64,000 nucleotides of DNA, taken from Longimicrobiales bacterium (GTDB lineage: Bacteria; Gemmatimonadota; Gemmatimonadetes; Longimicrobiales; Gaopeijiaceae). Positions within the stretch are counted from its first letter, which is position 1; each line of letters opens with the position of its first letter. The notes under the pieces are model-generated. The model did no database searches. It worked only from the letters and a program-made list of their open reading frames with translations, and was not told where the DNA came from. Positions 9,685 through 19,530 of this stretch are shown here, piece after piece. The translations under genes were made by a program, and so were the position numbers. The DNA lies in the NCBI GenBank assembly GCA_965204735.1, contig OZ242008.1, positions 3,136,001 through 3,200,000 on the forward strand, given 5' to 3'.

Positions 9685-11262
9685 ATGCGCTACTTCAACA
9701 CGTCTGGGCCGGTAGTGCGAGAGGACCACTACTGCATCCCGCCGCTGGACCGCATGAACCTCGCCGAGCTTCGGCAACTCGTGGATCGGAAGCGGTACTT
9801 CGTCCTTCATGCGCCCCGGCAGACCGGGAAGACTTCTGCGCTCCTGGCGCTCCAGAGTCTGCTCAACGCCGAGGGCCGGCATCGTTGCGTCTACGTCAAC
9901 GTCGAGGGCGCTCAAGCGATGCGCGAAGACGTGGCGCAAGCAACTCGCGTCATTTTGGGCCAGCTGGCTCGTCAGGCGAGAAGAGCGGGCGACGGCTACC
10001 TGGCCGCCAACTGGTCCAGCATCTGGAACGAATACGGACCCGGCGCCCTGGGCGAGGCGCTGGCGCGTTGGGCCGAGAGCAGCAAAAGGCCGCTGGTGCT
10101 GTTGATCGACGAGATCGACTCGCTCGTGGGCGATTCGCTCTTGTCCGTGCTGCGCCAGCTTCGCGCGGACTATCACGAGCGGCCCAGCGGATTCCCCCAG
10201 AGCGTGATTCTTTGCGGAGTCCGGGACGTGCGGGAGTACCGTATCCACTCCGGCTCCGCCAACACGTTGGTCTCGGGCGGCAGCGCCTTCAACATCAAGG
10301 CCGAGTCCCTGCGCCTGGGCGACTTCTCTCGCGACGACGTGCGCGCCCTGCTCGGACAGCACGTCGAAGAAACCGGCCAAGCTTTCACCGACAACGCACT
10401 GCAAGCGATCTGGACCCAGACGCAGGGCCAGCCGTGGCTCGTCAACGCCCTCGCTTACGAGACCTGCTTCCGTCGCGATCTGGCGGGGGCGCCACCCCGC
10501 ACCGTGTCCGAACAGGACGTCCTGGAGGCCCGAGAACAGCTGATCCTGCGCCGCGACACCCACCTGGACCAGCTTACCGACAAGCTCAAGGAAGGCCGAG
10601 TCTGGAGGGTGATCGAGCCGCTCCTCACCGGCGCCCGCGAGTCCAGCTACACCGCGCACGACGTGGAGTACGTCCGGGACCTGGGGCTGATCGCCCGAAA
10701 CCCGCCGATCCGCATGGCCAACCCCGTCTACGCAGAAGTGGTGCCCCGGGAGCTGACGTGGCTCGCGCAAGACGACCTTCCCCACGACCCGGCGTGGTAC
10801 GTGGACGCCTCCGGCGCCCTGCACCTGGGCAAGCTGCTCGAAGCGTTCCAGGAGTTCTACCGCGAGAACTCGGAGCACTGGATCGAGCGCTACGGCTTCA
10901 AGGAGGCGGGTCCGCAGCTGCTCCTGCAGGCGTTCTTGCAGCGGGTCGTCAACAGCGGGGGGCGCATCGAGCGGGAGTACGCGTTGGGCAACGGACGCAC
11001 GGACTTGCTTGTCGTGTGGCCGCAGGGCGAGCGCGTGCGCAGGTACGTGGTCGAATGCAAGGTTCGCCACGACCGCTGGGGCATGGAGCGCACCGTGGCC
11101 GAAGGGGTGGAGCAAACTGCGACGTACATGGACCGTTGCAAAGCCGAGGCCGGGCACTTGGTCGTCTTCGACTGCGACGAGGAGCGCCGCTGGGACGAGA
11201 AGGTCTTCCGCGACACTCGGACCGCCACGGCCGGCGTCGAGGTCGCGGTGTGGGGGACGTGA
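9685..11262 (+). CDS. P-loop AAA ATPase with C-terminal PD-(D/E)XK-like domain
   Basis: MRYFNTSGP start; Walker A APRQTGKT; Walker B LLIDEID; C-terminal EREY..GRTDLL..VVECK. Confidence 0.8.
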   Translation: MRYFNTSGPVVREDHYCIPPLDRMNLAELRQLVDRKRYFVLHAPRQTGKTSALLALQSLLNAEGRHRCVYVNVEGAQAMREDVAQATRVILGQLARQARRAGDGYLAANWSSIWNEYGPGALGEALARWAESSKRPLVLLIDEIDSLVGDSLLSVLRQLRADYHERPSGFPQSVILCGVRDVREYRIHSGSANTLVSGGSAFNIKAESLRLGDFSRDDVRALLGQHVEETGQAFTDNALQAIWTQTQGQPWLVNALAYETCFRRDLAGAPPRTVSEQDVLEAREQLILRRDTHLDQLTDKLKEGRVWRVIEPLLTGARESSYTAHDVEYVRDLGLIARNPPIRMANPVYAEVVPRELTWLAQDDLPHDPAWYVDASGALHLGKLLEAFQEFYRENSEHWIERYGFKEAGPQLLLQAFLQRVVNSGGRIEREYALGNGRTDLLVVWPQGERVRRYVVECKVRHDRWGMERTVAEGVEQTATYMDRCKAEAGHLVVFDCDEERRWDEKVFRDTRTATAGVEVAVWGT

Positions 11263-11318
11263 GCCGGCCGACCGCTCCATTTCGTCGGCTTTGTCGGCGT
11301 CCGGCGTTCGCGCCGCGC

Positions 11319-11684
11319 CTACTGCTCCGTCGCTTCCTCCAGCATCTGGCGCACCATCTCCACCCGTCGCCGGTTCACCCCGAAGTCGGACCAGCCCCAG
11401 CGCGATGAGGAACGGACATCGATCGCCCGGCCGTCGGCGCGCAGCCGGACGCGAAAATCATCCGGAAAACCCATGCGCGTGCGAACCACGGCGTGAAGCG
11501 CGTCGTCGGCGTCCAGCAAGATCGTTGTTCTGGGCAAGCTCGCCACGAGGGCCTTGAGCCGAGCGAACGCCGCGATCGGGTCCCCCTCGACGACATAGGG
11601 CTCGACGCGGTTGCCGGGCGGGGCGTCGTCGCGGCTGCACACGCAGTTGGGGCGGGCCGGACAGGGGGGCAACGCCCCGCTCAC
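11319..11684 (-). CDS. DUF1499 family protein
   Basis: LPPCPARPNCVCS, GFPDD, IDVRSSSRWGWSDFGVNRRRV; GTG overlaps the stop of the beta-subunit gene. Confidence 0.85.
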   Translation of the reverse strand: MSGALPPCPARPNCVCSRDDAPPGNRVEPYVVEGDPIAAFARLKALVASLPRTTILLDADDALHAVVRTRMGFPDDFRVRLRADGRAIDVRSSSRWGWSDFGVNRRRVEMVRQMLEEATEQ

Positions 11685-12808
11685 CTGAACGCCTTCTGGA
11701 TCCGGTCCAGCGCCTTTGCCCCTGGGCACAGCACCTCGAACGGACAGCTGACCAAGGGCTCGTCGACCGTCCCCTGTATGCCGTGGAAGTCCCTGGCTGA
11801 ACCGGAACCGGCGTCGGCCGCGCCAGGGCCGGCGTCCACGGAGCCGGAAGCGTTGCCGCCGATGTCGTCCGCCGCCTCCAGATACAGCAGCCCGGTCGCG
11901 ATCTCGCCCGCCTGCTGTCGCTCTCGGACGTAGGCGTACACGCGGTCGCGGTCCTGGGGGTCGTAGTCGTCCGGGACCTTCCGAAAGCGGACGCGGCTCC
12001 CGTCGTGCATGACCACGGTGCGCGCGTCCCCGGCATCGTAGCTGGTGGTGATCTCCTCGGCAGGCGGCACGAAGTCCGCTTCCACGACCGAGCTGCAGTG
12101 GTCGCGAGTGTACTCGTAGCTCTTGGTGGAGCCTCGGTGGTCGTTGAAGGTCACGCAGGGCGAGATCACGTCGACCAGCGCAAAGCCCCGGTGACGAAGG
12201 CCTGCCTTGACGATCGGCACCAGCTGCTCCTTGTCGCCCGAAAAGCTCCGCGCCACGAACCCGGCGCCCAGGCCCAGCGCCAGGAGCACCGGATCTATTG
12301 GGTGTTCGCGGTTGACCTGACCTCGCTTCGCCTTGGCGCCCATGTCGGCGGAAGCGGAGAACTGGCCCTTGGTGAGGCCGTAGACGCCGTTGTTCTCCAA
12401 GACGTACAACATGTCCACGTTGCGGCGGACGACGTGGGCGAACTGGCCGATGCCGATCGACAGGCTGTCGCCGTCGCCGGAGACGCCGACGCACATGAGG
12501 CGGCGGTTGGCGGCGTGGGCCCCCGTCGTGATCGACGGCATCCGCCCGTGGACGGCGTTGAAGCCGTGCGCCTCCTCCAAGAAGTAGGCCGGCGTCTTGC
12601 CGCTGCAACCGATTCCCGAGGTCTTGACGACCATGTGCGGCTCCACATCCATCTCCCAGAACGCCTGCACAATTGCCGCGGTGATCGAGTCGTGGCCGCA
12701 GCCGGCGCACAACGTGGACATGGATCCCTCGTAGTCCCGGCGCGTCAGGCCCAGTCGGTTCTTGGCGAGCCCGGGGTGACTGATCCGGGGCTTGGCGATG
12801 TGGGTCAA
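11681..12808 (-). CDS. 2-oxoacid:ferredoxin oxidoreductase beta subunit
   Basis: LCAGCGH, SGIGCS, VHGR, TPP motif GDGD..ENN, YGLTKGQ, SPCVTFN. Confidence 0.92.
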   Translation of the reverse strand: MTHIAKPRISHPGLAKNRLGLTRRDYEGSMSTLCAGCGHDSITAAIVQAFWEMDVEPHMVVKTSGIGCSGKTPAYFLEEAHGFNAVHGRMPSITTGAHAANRRLMCVGVSGDGDSLSIGIGQFAHVVRRNVDMLYVLENNGVYGLTKGQFSASADMGAKAKRGQVNREHPIDPVLLALGLGAGFVARSFSGDKEQLVPIVKAGLRHRGFALVDVISPCVTFNDHRGSTKSYEYTRDHCSSVVEADFVPPAEEITTSYDAGDARTVVMHDGSRVRFRKVPDDYDPQDRDRVYAYVRERQQAGEIATGLLYLEAADDIGGNASGSVDAGPGAADAGSGSARDFHGIQGTVDEPLVSCPFEVLCPGAKALDRIQKAFR

Positions 12809-14730
12809 CGGACGCCCTCATGCACGGCCTGCACGGCAGGCTCCGGGGCCGCGTCCCTCTCGCCGCGGTCGCCCAACCCCAAGCGGGGCGCCAAGCCGTC
12901 GATCACGTGGTGGCAGCTCATGGGCAGTCCGCCGTAGCAGAGGACCGACACGAGAGTCTCCTTGGCCACCTTCGTCTCGGAGATCAGCAGCTTGCGAAGC
13001 TGGCCGTCGCGGTTCTGTTCGACGACGAAGTTGGTCTCGTGTCGAGCCATGAACGCTTCCACTTCCGGATGAAAGGGAAACGCCCGCACGCGAAGGAAGT
13101 TCACCGCCACGCCCCGCGCGGTCAGCTCGTCCACCGCTTCCAGAACGGCGCCTCGACAGCTGCCGACCGTCACCAGCCCGATCTCGGCGCCCTCCCGCGC
13201 CTGCACCTCCGGGGCCGGCAAGTGGACCGCCGCCCCGTCGATCTTGCGGCGAAGGCGGTCCATGACGTCGGAGTACGGCGCCGAGTCCTCCGTGTACGCC
13301 CCGTAGCGGTCGTGGCCGGAGCCCCTTGTCACGTAGGCGCCCTTGGGGTGCACGCCCGGAAGGGTCCGACGGGGAACGCCGTCGCCGTCCACGTCCAGGT
13401 AGCGGTGAAAGGATCGCACCTCCTCCAGGTCGGCGGCCGACAGCACCTTGCCGCGGTCCGGCCGATAGGAGTCGTCCCACTCCAGCCTTGGCACGACCCA
13501 GTCGTTCATTCCTATGTCCAAGTCGGTGAGCACGAACGTGGGCGTCTGGAAGCGCTCCGCCAAGTCGAACGCCTTCACGGCGAAGTCGAAGCACTCCCGG
13601 GGATCGGCTGGAAAGAGCACCAGGTGCTTCGTGTCACCGTGGGAGGCGTAGGCGACGAAGAGCAGATCGCCCTGCTGGGTCCGCGTCGGCATCCCGGTGG
13701 ACGGCCCGACGCGCTGCACGTCGAAGAACACCGCCGGGATTTCGGCGTAGTACGCCAAGCCGACGAACTCGGTCATCAGGGAGAGCCCCGCCCCACTGGT
13801 CGAAGTGAACGCCCGCGCGCCCGCCCATCCTGCGCCCAGCACCATGCCCGCAGCCGCCAGCTCGTCTTCCGCCTGGATGATGGCGAAGCGGTTCTTGCCC
13901 GTGTCCGGGTCCTTGCGGTGGCGGTTGCAGAAGGCGGCGAAGGCGTCCACCAGCGAGGTGGACGGGGTGATGGGATACCACGCGGCCACGGTGGCGCCTG
14001 CGTACACGCAGCCCAGCGCCGCCGCCGTGTTGCCGTCGACGAGGATCGAGTCGCCGTTGGCCGACATGGGCTCCAGATGCACCGGCAGGGGGCAGTCGAA
14101 GTGCTCCTGCGCGTACTCCCAGCCCAGGTCGATGGCAAGAAAGTTGGCGTCGAGAAGCTTCTTCTTGGCGGAGAACGACTCCCGCAGAAGCTCCTTCACG
14201 AGCTCGAGGTCGATCTTGAGCAGCGCCGCCAACGCTCCCACGTAGCAGATGTTCTTCATGAGGATGCGGGTGCGCGCGCCCTCGAAGTTGTCCACCGCCA
14301 TGCGGGCCAGGGGCACGCCCAGAAAGGTCGCGTCGTCCCGCTCGACGCCCCTCGGCAACGGCCAACTGGAGTCGTGCAGGATCCAGCCTCCCGCCACCGT
14401 CTCGGCAACGTCCCGGGCGTAGCTTGCAGGGTTCATTGCCACGACCACGTCGAAGCGCGCCGTCCTGGCCGTGTGCCCCTGCGCGTTCGCCCGTATCTCG
14501 TACCAAGTCGGCAGGCCCTGGATGTTGGACGGGAAGAGGTTCTTCCCCGACACGGGGATCCCCATCCGGAAGATCGCCCGCCGCAGCAGGCCGTTGGCGC
14601 TGGCGGAGCCGGTCCCGTTGACGGTTCCGATCTTGAAGGCCAAGTCGTTGACGCGGGGGAGCACGGCCTCCCCGGGGGGCTCGTCGGCCCCTCCGGGCGG
14701 TTCGCCGTTCGAGCTCGGGCGAGTGGTCAT
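12805..14730 (-). CDS. 2-oxoacid:ferredoxin oxidoreductase alpha (gamma-alpha fused) subunit
   Basis: GTVNGTGSAS, YPITP, QAEDE, TSGAG, QRVGPSTGMPT. Confidence 0.92.
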   Translation of the reverse strand: MTTRPSSNGEPPGGADEPPGEAVLPRVNDLAFKIGTVNGTGSASANGLLRRAIFRMGIPVSGKNLFPSNIQGLPTWYEIRANAQGHTARTARFDVVVAMNPASYARDVAETVAGGWILHDSSWPLPRGVERDDATFLGVPLARMAVDNFEGARTRILMKNICYVGALAALLKIDLELVKELLRESFSAKKKLLDANFLAIDLGWEYAQEHFDCPLPVHLEPMSANGDSILVDGNTAAALGCVYAGATVAAWYPITPSTSLVDAFAAFCNRHRKDPDTGKNRFAIIQAEDELAAAGMVLGAGWAGARAFTSTSGAGLSLMTEFVGLAYYAEIPAVFFDVQRVGPSTGMPTRTQQGDLLFVAYASHGDTKHLVLFPADPRECFDFAVKAFDLAERFQTPTFVLTDLDIGMNDWVVPRLEWDDSYRPDRGKVLSAADLEEVRSFHRYLDVDGDGVPRRTLPGVHPKGAYVTRGSGHDRYGAYTEDSAPYSDVMDRLRRKIDGAAVHLPAPEVQAREGAEIGLVTVGSCRGAVLEAVDELTARGVAVNFLRVRAFPFHPEVEAFMARHETNFVVEQNRDGQLRKLLISETKVAKETLVSVLCYGGLPMSCHHVIDGLAPRLGLGDRGERDAAPEPAVQAVHEGVR

Positions 14731-16526
14731 GGCGCGACGGCGTGGAGCTCGCCTGCCTCGAGCCCGGCGTAGGGAATCAGCAGGTCCGACTTGCGCATGT
14801 CCCACGCCGCGGTCGGGCACCGCTCGGCGCACAAGCCGCAGTGGATGCACAAGTCCTCGTCCTTGACCATGATCCGGCCGGTCTGGGGCAGGTCCTCCGA
14901 CACGAAGAGCGGCTCTTCCGGGTTCAGCAGCGGCGCCGTCAAGCGCTGCACCAGCTCCTCTTCGGGACCGTTGCCGGTGATGGTGAGGCAGTCCAGCGGA
15001 CAGATGTCGATGCAAGCGTCGCACTCGATGCACAACCCGGCTTCGAAGTGGGTCTGCACGTCGCAGTTCAGGCACCGTTCCACTTCGGTCAGGGTCTGCT
15101 CGACGTCGAAGCCCTCCTCCACTTCGATGTCCAATCGTCGAAAGCGCTCCTTCAGGTCCACGTGACGCATCTTGACCCGCTGGGATTCGTCGTAGTCGTT
15201 GGAGTACGTCCACTCGTGAAGCCCCATCTTCCAGCTCGTCAAGTTGACGCCGTACGGCGGGCGCTCCTCCAGGGACCGGCCGTGGCAGTACGCGTGAATG
15301 GAGATCGCCGCCTGGTGCCCGTGCTCCACCGCCCAGATGATGTTCTCGGGACCCCACGCCGCGTCGCCGCCCGAAAACACGCCGGGCCGGGTCGTCATGA
15401 AGGTGTTCCGGTCGACGATCGGCATCTCCCACTTGTTGAACTCGATGCCGATGTCGCGTTCGATCCACGGAAACGCCGTGTCTTGTCCGATCGCCAGGAT
15501 CACTTCGTCGCACGCGACGACCTTGCTTCCCAGCTTCTCGCTCCGCAGCCGTCCGCCTTCGCCCTCGCGCCACCGCACCACGTCGAACTCCATTGCGACC
15601 AGCTTCCCGCCTTCCACGACGAAGCGGGCGGGAGAGTGGTTCTCGACGACCTGCACCTGCTCCTCGATGGCGTCCTCCAGCTCCCACGGCGACGCCTTGA
15701 AGTGGGGCTTGGTCTTGCGCGCCATCACCTTCACGTCGATCGCGCCCAGGCGCTGGGCGGTCCGGCAGCAGTCCATGGCCGTGTTGCCGACCCCGATCAC
15801 CAGCACGCGCTCGCCGCACTGCTCGACGTGGCCGAAGCGCACCGACTCCAGCCATTCGATCCCGATGTGGACTTGCTCCGGAGCGTCCCACCGGCCGGGA
15901 ATGTCCAGTTCCTTCCCCTTCGGAGCCCCAGACCCTACAAAGACAGCGTCGAAGTCGGCACTCACGATCTCCGCCAAGCTGTCCACTGGAGTGTCCAGCC
16001 GCACGTCCACGCCCATCTCCGTGATGTATTCGATCTCCTCCCACAGCACCTTGGCGGGCAGGCGAAACTCGGGGATGTTCGTCCACATCAAGCCGCCCGG
16101 CTTGGCCAGCTTCTCGAAGATCACGACCTCGTACCCCAAGGGCATGAGGTCGTTGGCCACGGTCAGCGACGCCGGCCCGGCGCCGATGCACGCGATGCGC
16201 TTTCCGTTCTTTTGCCGAGGGACCTTCGGCAGGAAGGGCCGAACGTCGTCGCGCAGGTCGGACGCGACGCGCTTGAGGCGACAGATCGCCACGGGCTCTC
16301 CGTCCAAACGCACGCGACGGCAGACGGGCTCGCACGGGCGGTCGCAGGTGCGTCCCAGTATGCCGGGAAAGACGTTCGACTTCCGGTTGAGCAGGTACGA
16401 CTCGGTGAACTGCCCGTTGGCGACGAGCCGGATGTATTCGGGAACGTCCGTGCCCGCCGGGCACCCCCACTGGCAGTCCACCACGCGGTGGTAGTGCCGA
16501 GGGTCCCGGGTGTTTGTGGGCTGCAT
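14727..16526 (-). CDS. GltD/SudA-like FAD-dependent oxidoreductase with C-terminal 2x[4Fe-4S] ferredoxin domain
   Basis: CQWGCP, GRTCDRPCEPVC, IGAGPA, GVGNTAMD, CIECDACIDICP, CIHCGLCAERCP. Confidence 0.9.
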   Translation of the reverse strand: MQPTNTRDPRHYHRVVDCQWGCPAGTDVPEYIRLVANGQFTESYLLNRKSNVFPGILGRTCDRPCEPVCRRVRLDGEPVAICRLKRVASDLRDDVRPFLPKVPRQKNGKRIACIGAGPASLTVANDLMPLGYEVVIFEKLAKPGGLMWTNIPEFRLPAKVLWEEIEYITEMGVDVRLDTPVDSLAEIVSADFDAVFVGSGAPKGKELDIPGRWDAPEQVHIGIEWLESVRFGHVEQCGERVLVIGVGNTAMDCCRTAQRLGAIDVKVMARKTKPHFKASPWELEDAIEEQVQVVENHSPARFVVEGGKLVAMEFDVVRWREGEGGRLRSEKLGSKVVACDEVILAIGQDTAFPWIERDIGIEFNKWEMPIVDRNTFMTTRPGVFSGGDAAWGPENIIWAVEHGHQAAISIHAYCHGRSLEERPPYGVNLTSWKMGLHEWTYSNDYDESQRVKMRHVDLKERFRRLDIEVEEGFDVEQTLTEVERCLNCDVQTHFEAGLCIECDACIDICPLDCLTITGNGPEEELVQRLTAPLLNPEEPLFVSEDLPQTGRIMVKDEDLCIHCGLCAERCPTAAWDMRKSDLLIPYAGLEAGELHAVAP

Positions 16527-16568
16527 CGCGGCGGCGGAGTTCATGGACGGCAAATCTACTCGCCTGCC

Positions 16569-16610
16569 CGTCCGTTGCGAAAGGGGAGGCGTCCGTTGCG
16601 AAAGGGGAGG
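16569..16610. repeat. Perfect 21-bp tandem duplication in divergent intergenic region
   Basis: CGTCCGTTGCGAAAGGGGAGG x2. Confidence 0.9.
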
Positions 16611-16704
16611 CGGCGGGCGAGTCGGGTTAGCTTTAGGACGCCTCCCGCCCGCAGGGAGACTCGAAGACGCACCATGCCCCTCCCCCGTACGATCGAGGTG
16701 ATCC

Positions 16705-19530
16705 ATGCCCGCCAACGCCGAAGTCGTGGTGAACGGTCGCTTGGGAGAAGCTCTCCGGAGCAAGCACCCCCTTTGGCGCGAGGGAATCGGCGTGGAACAG
16801 TCGAGGGTGCTGCGGGAGACGGCGCGCCGGCCCGACATCCTGGTTCGCCGCGCGGGAGCGCAGCCTGTGGTCGTGGAGACCGAGTTTCCTCCGGGCCGGG
16901 GCGTGGAGGGCGACGCGCGCGCCCGTCTCGGTCGGGCGTTGGCCGATTCCGAGGTCGTGGAGCAATCCATTGCCGTGCTGCTGCCCGAGGAGCTGAGGAC
17001 GATGCGGCACGGTCTTCGGGAGCATCTTGCCACGACGGAGTTTCGGTACGCCGCCTTCTCCGGCTCGCCGGCGGCGCCGCGCCGCTGGCCGAAGGAGGGT
17101 TGGCTCGCCGGCGGCATCGACGACTTGGCCGCGTGCATCGAGCACGCTTCGATCTCCGAGCGCAGCGTGGCCGAGGGCACCGAGATCCTGGAGCGGGGCG
17201 TGCGCGCGACTGCGCGGCAACTTCAGGACTTCGCAAAGTGCGAGAAGACGAACACGTTGGACAGGATCGCCGGCGTGCTTCATCAGGAAGTCGGCGAACA
17301 GACGACGCGCATGGCCATGGCGATCGTCGCCAACGCCATGACGTTTCATGCGGCGGTCGCCGGCACGCACGACATTCCCGACCTGAGCGACCTTCGCCAC
17401 ATGTACTCGACCGACGTGGTGGACAAGGGAAAGCTCCTCGGGTGCTGGGCGCGCATCCTTGCCGAGATCAACTACTGGCCGATCTTCAGCATCGCTTCCG
17501 ATCTGCTGGCGGCAGTGCCGCAACGCATGACCAACCACCTGCTGAAGGTGCTCGAGCCCGTTGCCACGAAGCTGGCGGCGATCGGCGGAGTCGGCGCCCA
17601 CGACTTGTCGGGCCAGATGTTCCAGCGCTTGATCGTGGACCGCAAGTTCCTGGCGACGTTCTACACCTTGCCGGCGTCGGCGGCTTTGCTGGCGGAGCTG
17701 GCGGTTCCGCGCCTGAACGTGGATTGGAGCGACCCGCAGGAGTTGTGCCGACTGAGGATCGCCGACCTGGCATGCGGGACGGGAACGCTTCTCAACGCCG
17801 CCTACCAATCCCTGCGCCGCCGACACCGTCACGAGGGAGGCGACGACGCGCTTCTTCATCCGTCGATGATGGAGACCGTGCTGGTTGCGGCGGACATCAT
17901 GCCCGCGGCGACTCACCTCGCGGCGTCGGTGCTCTCCGGCGCACACCCCTCGGTCCCCTTCTCGAACACGCGCATCTTGACGATGCCCTACGGCGAGCAG
18001 CCGACGGAGAGCGGACATCCGCTGTCGATCGGCTCGCTGGACCTGCTGGAGGACGAGACGGCGCGGTCCCGCGATCTTCCCCACGAGAGCGGGGACCTGC
18101 TGATCATGAACCCGCCCTTCACCCGGCCCACCAACCACGAATCCACTACGATTCCCGTGCCGTCCTTCGCAGGCTTCGACACCTCCAGGGACGAGCAGCA
18201 CGCCATGTCCGCCAAGCTGGCCCGCCTGCGCAAGCGGCTCGATGCTCCGGGAGGCGCCGGAAACGCGGGGTTGGCGTCGTACTTTGTCGACTTGGCCCAT
18301 GTGAAGACCAAGCCGGGCGGGGTCGTTGCGCTGGTGCTTCCGGCTGCGTTCGTTCAGGGCGAATCCTGGGCGGGCGCGCGGAGAGTGCTGGAGGCGTTCT
18401 ACGAGGACTTGCTGGTGGTGTCCGTCGCCGCGAGCGGGAGGACCGACCGGGCCTTTTCCGCCGACACCGGCATGGGCGAGGTGCTGGTGGTGGCTACGAA
18501 GAGGCGGCACGAGACCACCGTGGCCGCCGACGTGTTGTTCGTGAACCTGACCCGGCGGCCCCGCAGCCTGGCCGAGGGCGCGGCCGTGGCGTCGGCAGTC
18601 CGTCGGCTGCCCGCTGGGCGCAACGGCCGCATCACCCTGGGCGACGACGACGTAGGTACGTTCGTGCGCGCGCCTCTCGCGCAGGGCGGTTGCGCGGCCC
18701 TCCGCGAGCCGGCGTTGGCGGACGCCATGCTGATGCTGGCCACGGGGGAGCTGCGGCTGCCTCGCACTGCACGGCGCATACATCTCCCGGTGGCGCGCCT
18801 CGGCCGCCTCGGCAGGCGCGGCAAGCTCGACCGGGACATCTCGGGCAAGCAGCCCGACGGCACGCCGCGCGGTCCATTCGACGTCCACGTCGCCCGGGAA
18901 CGACCGATCTACCCGGTCCTGTGGTCGCACGACGCCGCTCGGGAGCGAAGCTTGGTGGTCGCCCCCAGGCAGCAGGGCGTCGTGCGAGAGGGGTGCGACG
19001 ATCACGCGGCCAAGCTGTGGAAGGCGACGGCCTCCCGACTTCACTTCAACCGAGACTTCGGGCTCAGGTCCCAGAGCTTGGCCGCCTGCTTGACGCCGGA
19101 GAAGAGCATCGGCGGCCGGGCGTGGCCCAACTTCGTGGTCGATCGGCCGGAGTGGGAGAAGCCCCTGGCGCTGTGGGCGAACAGCACGCTGGGGATCATG
19201 TGCTTCTGGTGGGTGGGGATGCGTCAGCAGCAAGGCCGGGCCATACTGACGATCAGCCGCCTGCCCCGCCTGCTGGTCCTCGATCCGCGGGCGTTGTCGG
19301 AAGACCAGATCGACCAAGCGGGCCAGGTGTTCGACCACTTCAAGGACGTGAAGATGCTCCCCGCCAACGAGGCCTACCGCGACGCCGCGCGCCAGGAGAT
19401 CGACCGGGCGCTGCTGGTGGACGTGCTGGGGTTGGCGGACGGCCTGCTCGAGCCGCTGGCGGCGCTGCGCGACGCTTGGTGCGCCGAGCCGACGGTCCAC
19501 GGCGGCAAGACGACGAGGCCGCCGTCGTGA
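16705..19530 (+). CDS. Single-chain type IIG-like restriction-modification enzyme (nuclease + N6-adenine methyltransferase + putative target-recognition region)
   Basis: N-terminal RPDILV..VVVETE; TFYT; SAM motif DLACGTGTLL; catalytic MNPPF. Confidence 0.8.
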   Translation: MPANAEVVVNGRLGEALRSKHPLWREGIGVEQSRVLRETARRPDILVRRAGAQPVVVETEFPPGRGVEGDARARLGRALADSEVVEQSIAVLLPEELRTMRHGLREHLATTEFRYAAFSGSPAAPRRWPKEGWLAGGIDDLAACIEHASISERSVAEGTEILERGVRATARQLQDFAKCEKTNTLDRIAGVLHQEVGEQTTRMAMAIVANAMTFHAAVAGTHDIPDLSDLRHMYSTDVVDKGKLLGCWARILAEINYWPIFSIASDLLAAVPQRMTNHLLKVLEPVATKLAAIGGVGAHDLSGQMFQRLIVDRKFLATFYTLPASAALLAELAVPRLNVDWSDPQELCRLRIADLACGTGTLLNAAYQSLRRRHRHEGGDDALLHPSMMETVLVAADIMPAATHLAASVLSGAHPSVPFSNTRILTMPYGEQPTESGHPLSIGSLDLLEDETARSRDLPHESGDLLIMNPPFTRPTNHESTTIPVPSFAGFDTSRDEQHAMSAKLARLRKRLDAPGGAGNAGLASYFVDLAHVKTKPGGVVALVLPAAFVQGESWAGARRVLEAFYEDLLVVSVAASGRTDRAFSADTGMGEVLVVATKRRHETTVAADVLFVNLTRRPRSLAEGAAVASAVRRLPAGRNGRITLGDDDVGTFVRAPLAQGGCAALREPALADAMLMLATGELRLPRTARRIHLPVARLGRLGRRGKLDRDISGKQPDGTPRGPFDVHVARERPIYPVLWSHDAARERSLVVAPRQQGVVREGCDDHAAKLWKATASRLHFNRDFGLRSQSLAACLTPEKSIGGRAWPNFVVDRPEWEKPLALWANSTLGIMCFWWVGMRQQQGRAILTISRLPRLLVLDPRALSEDQIDQAGQVFDHFKDVKMLPANEAYRDAARQEIDRALLVDVLGLADGLLEPLAALRDAWCAEPTVHGGKTTRPPS

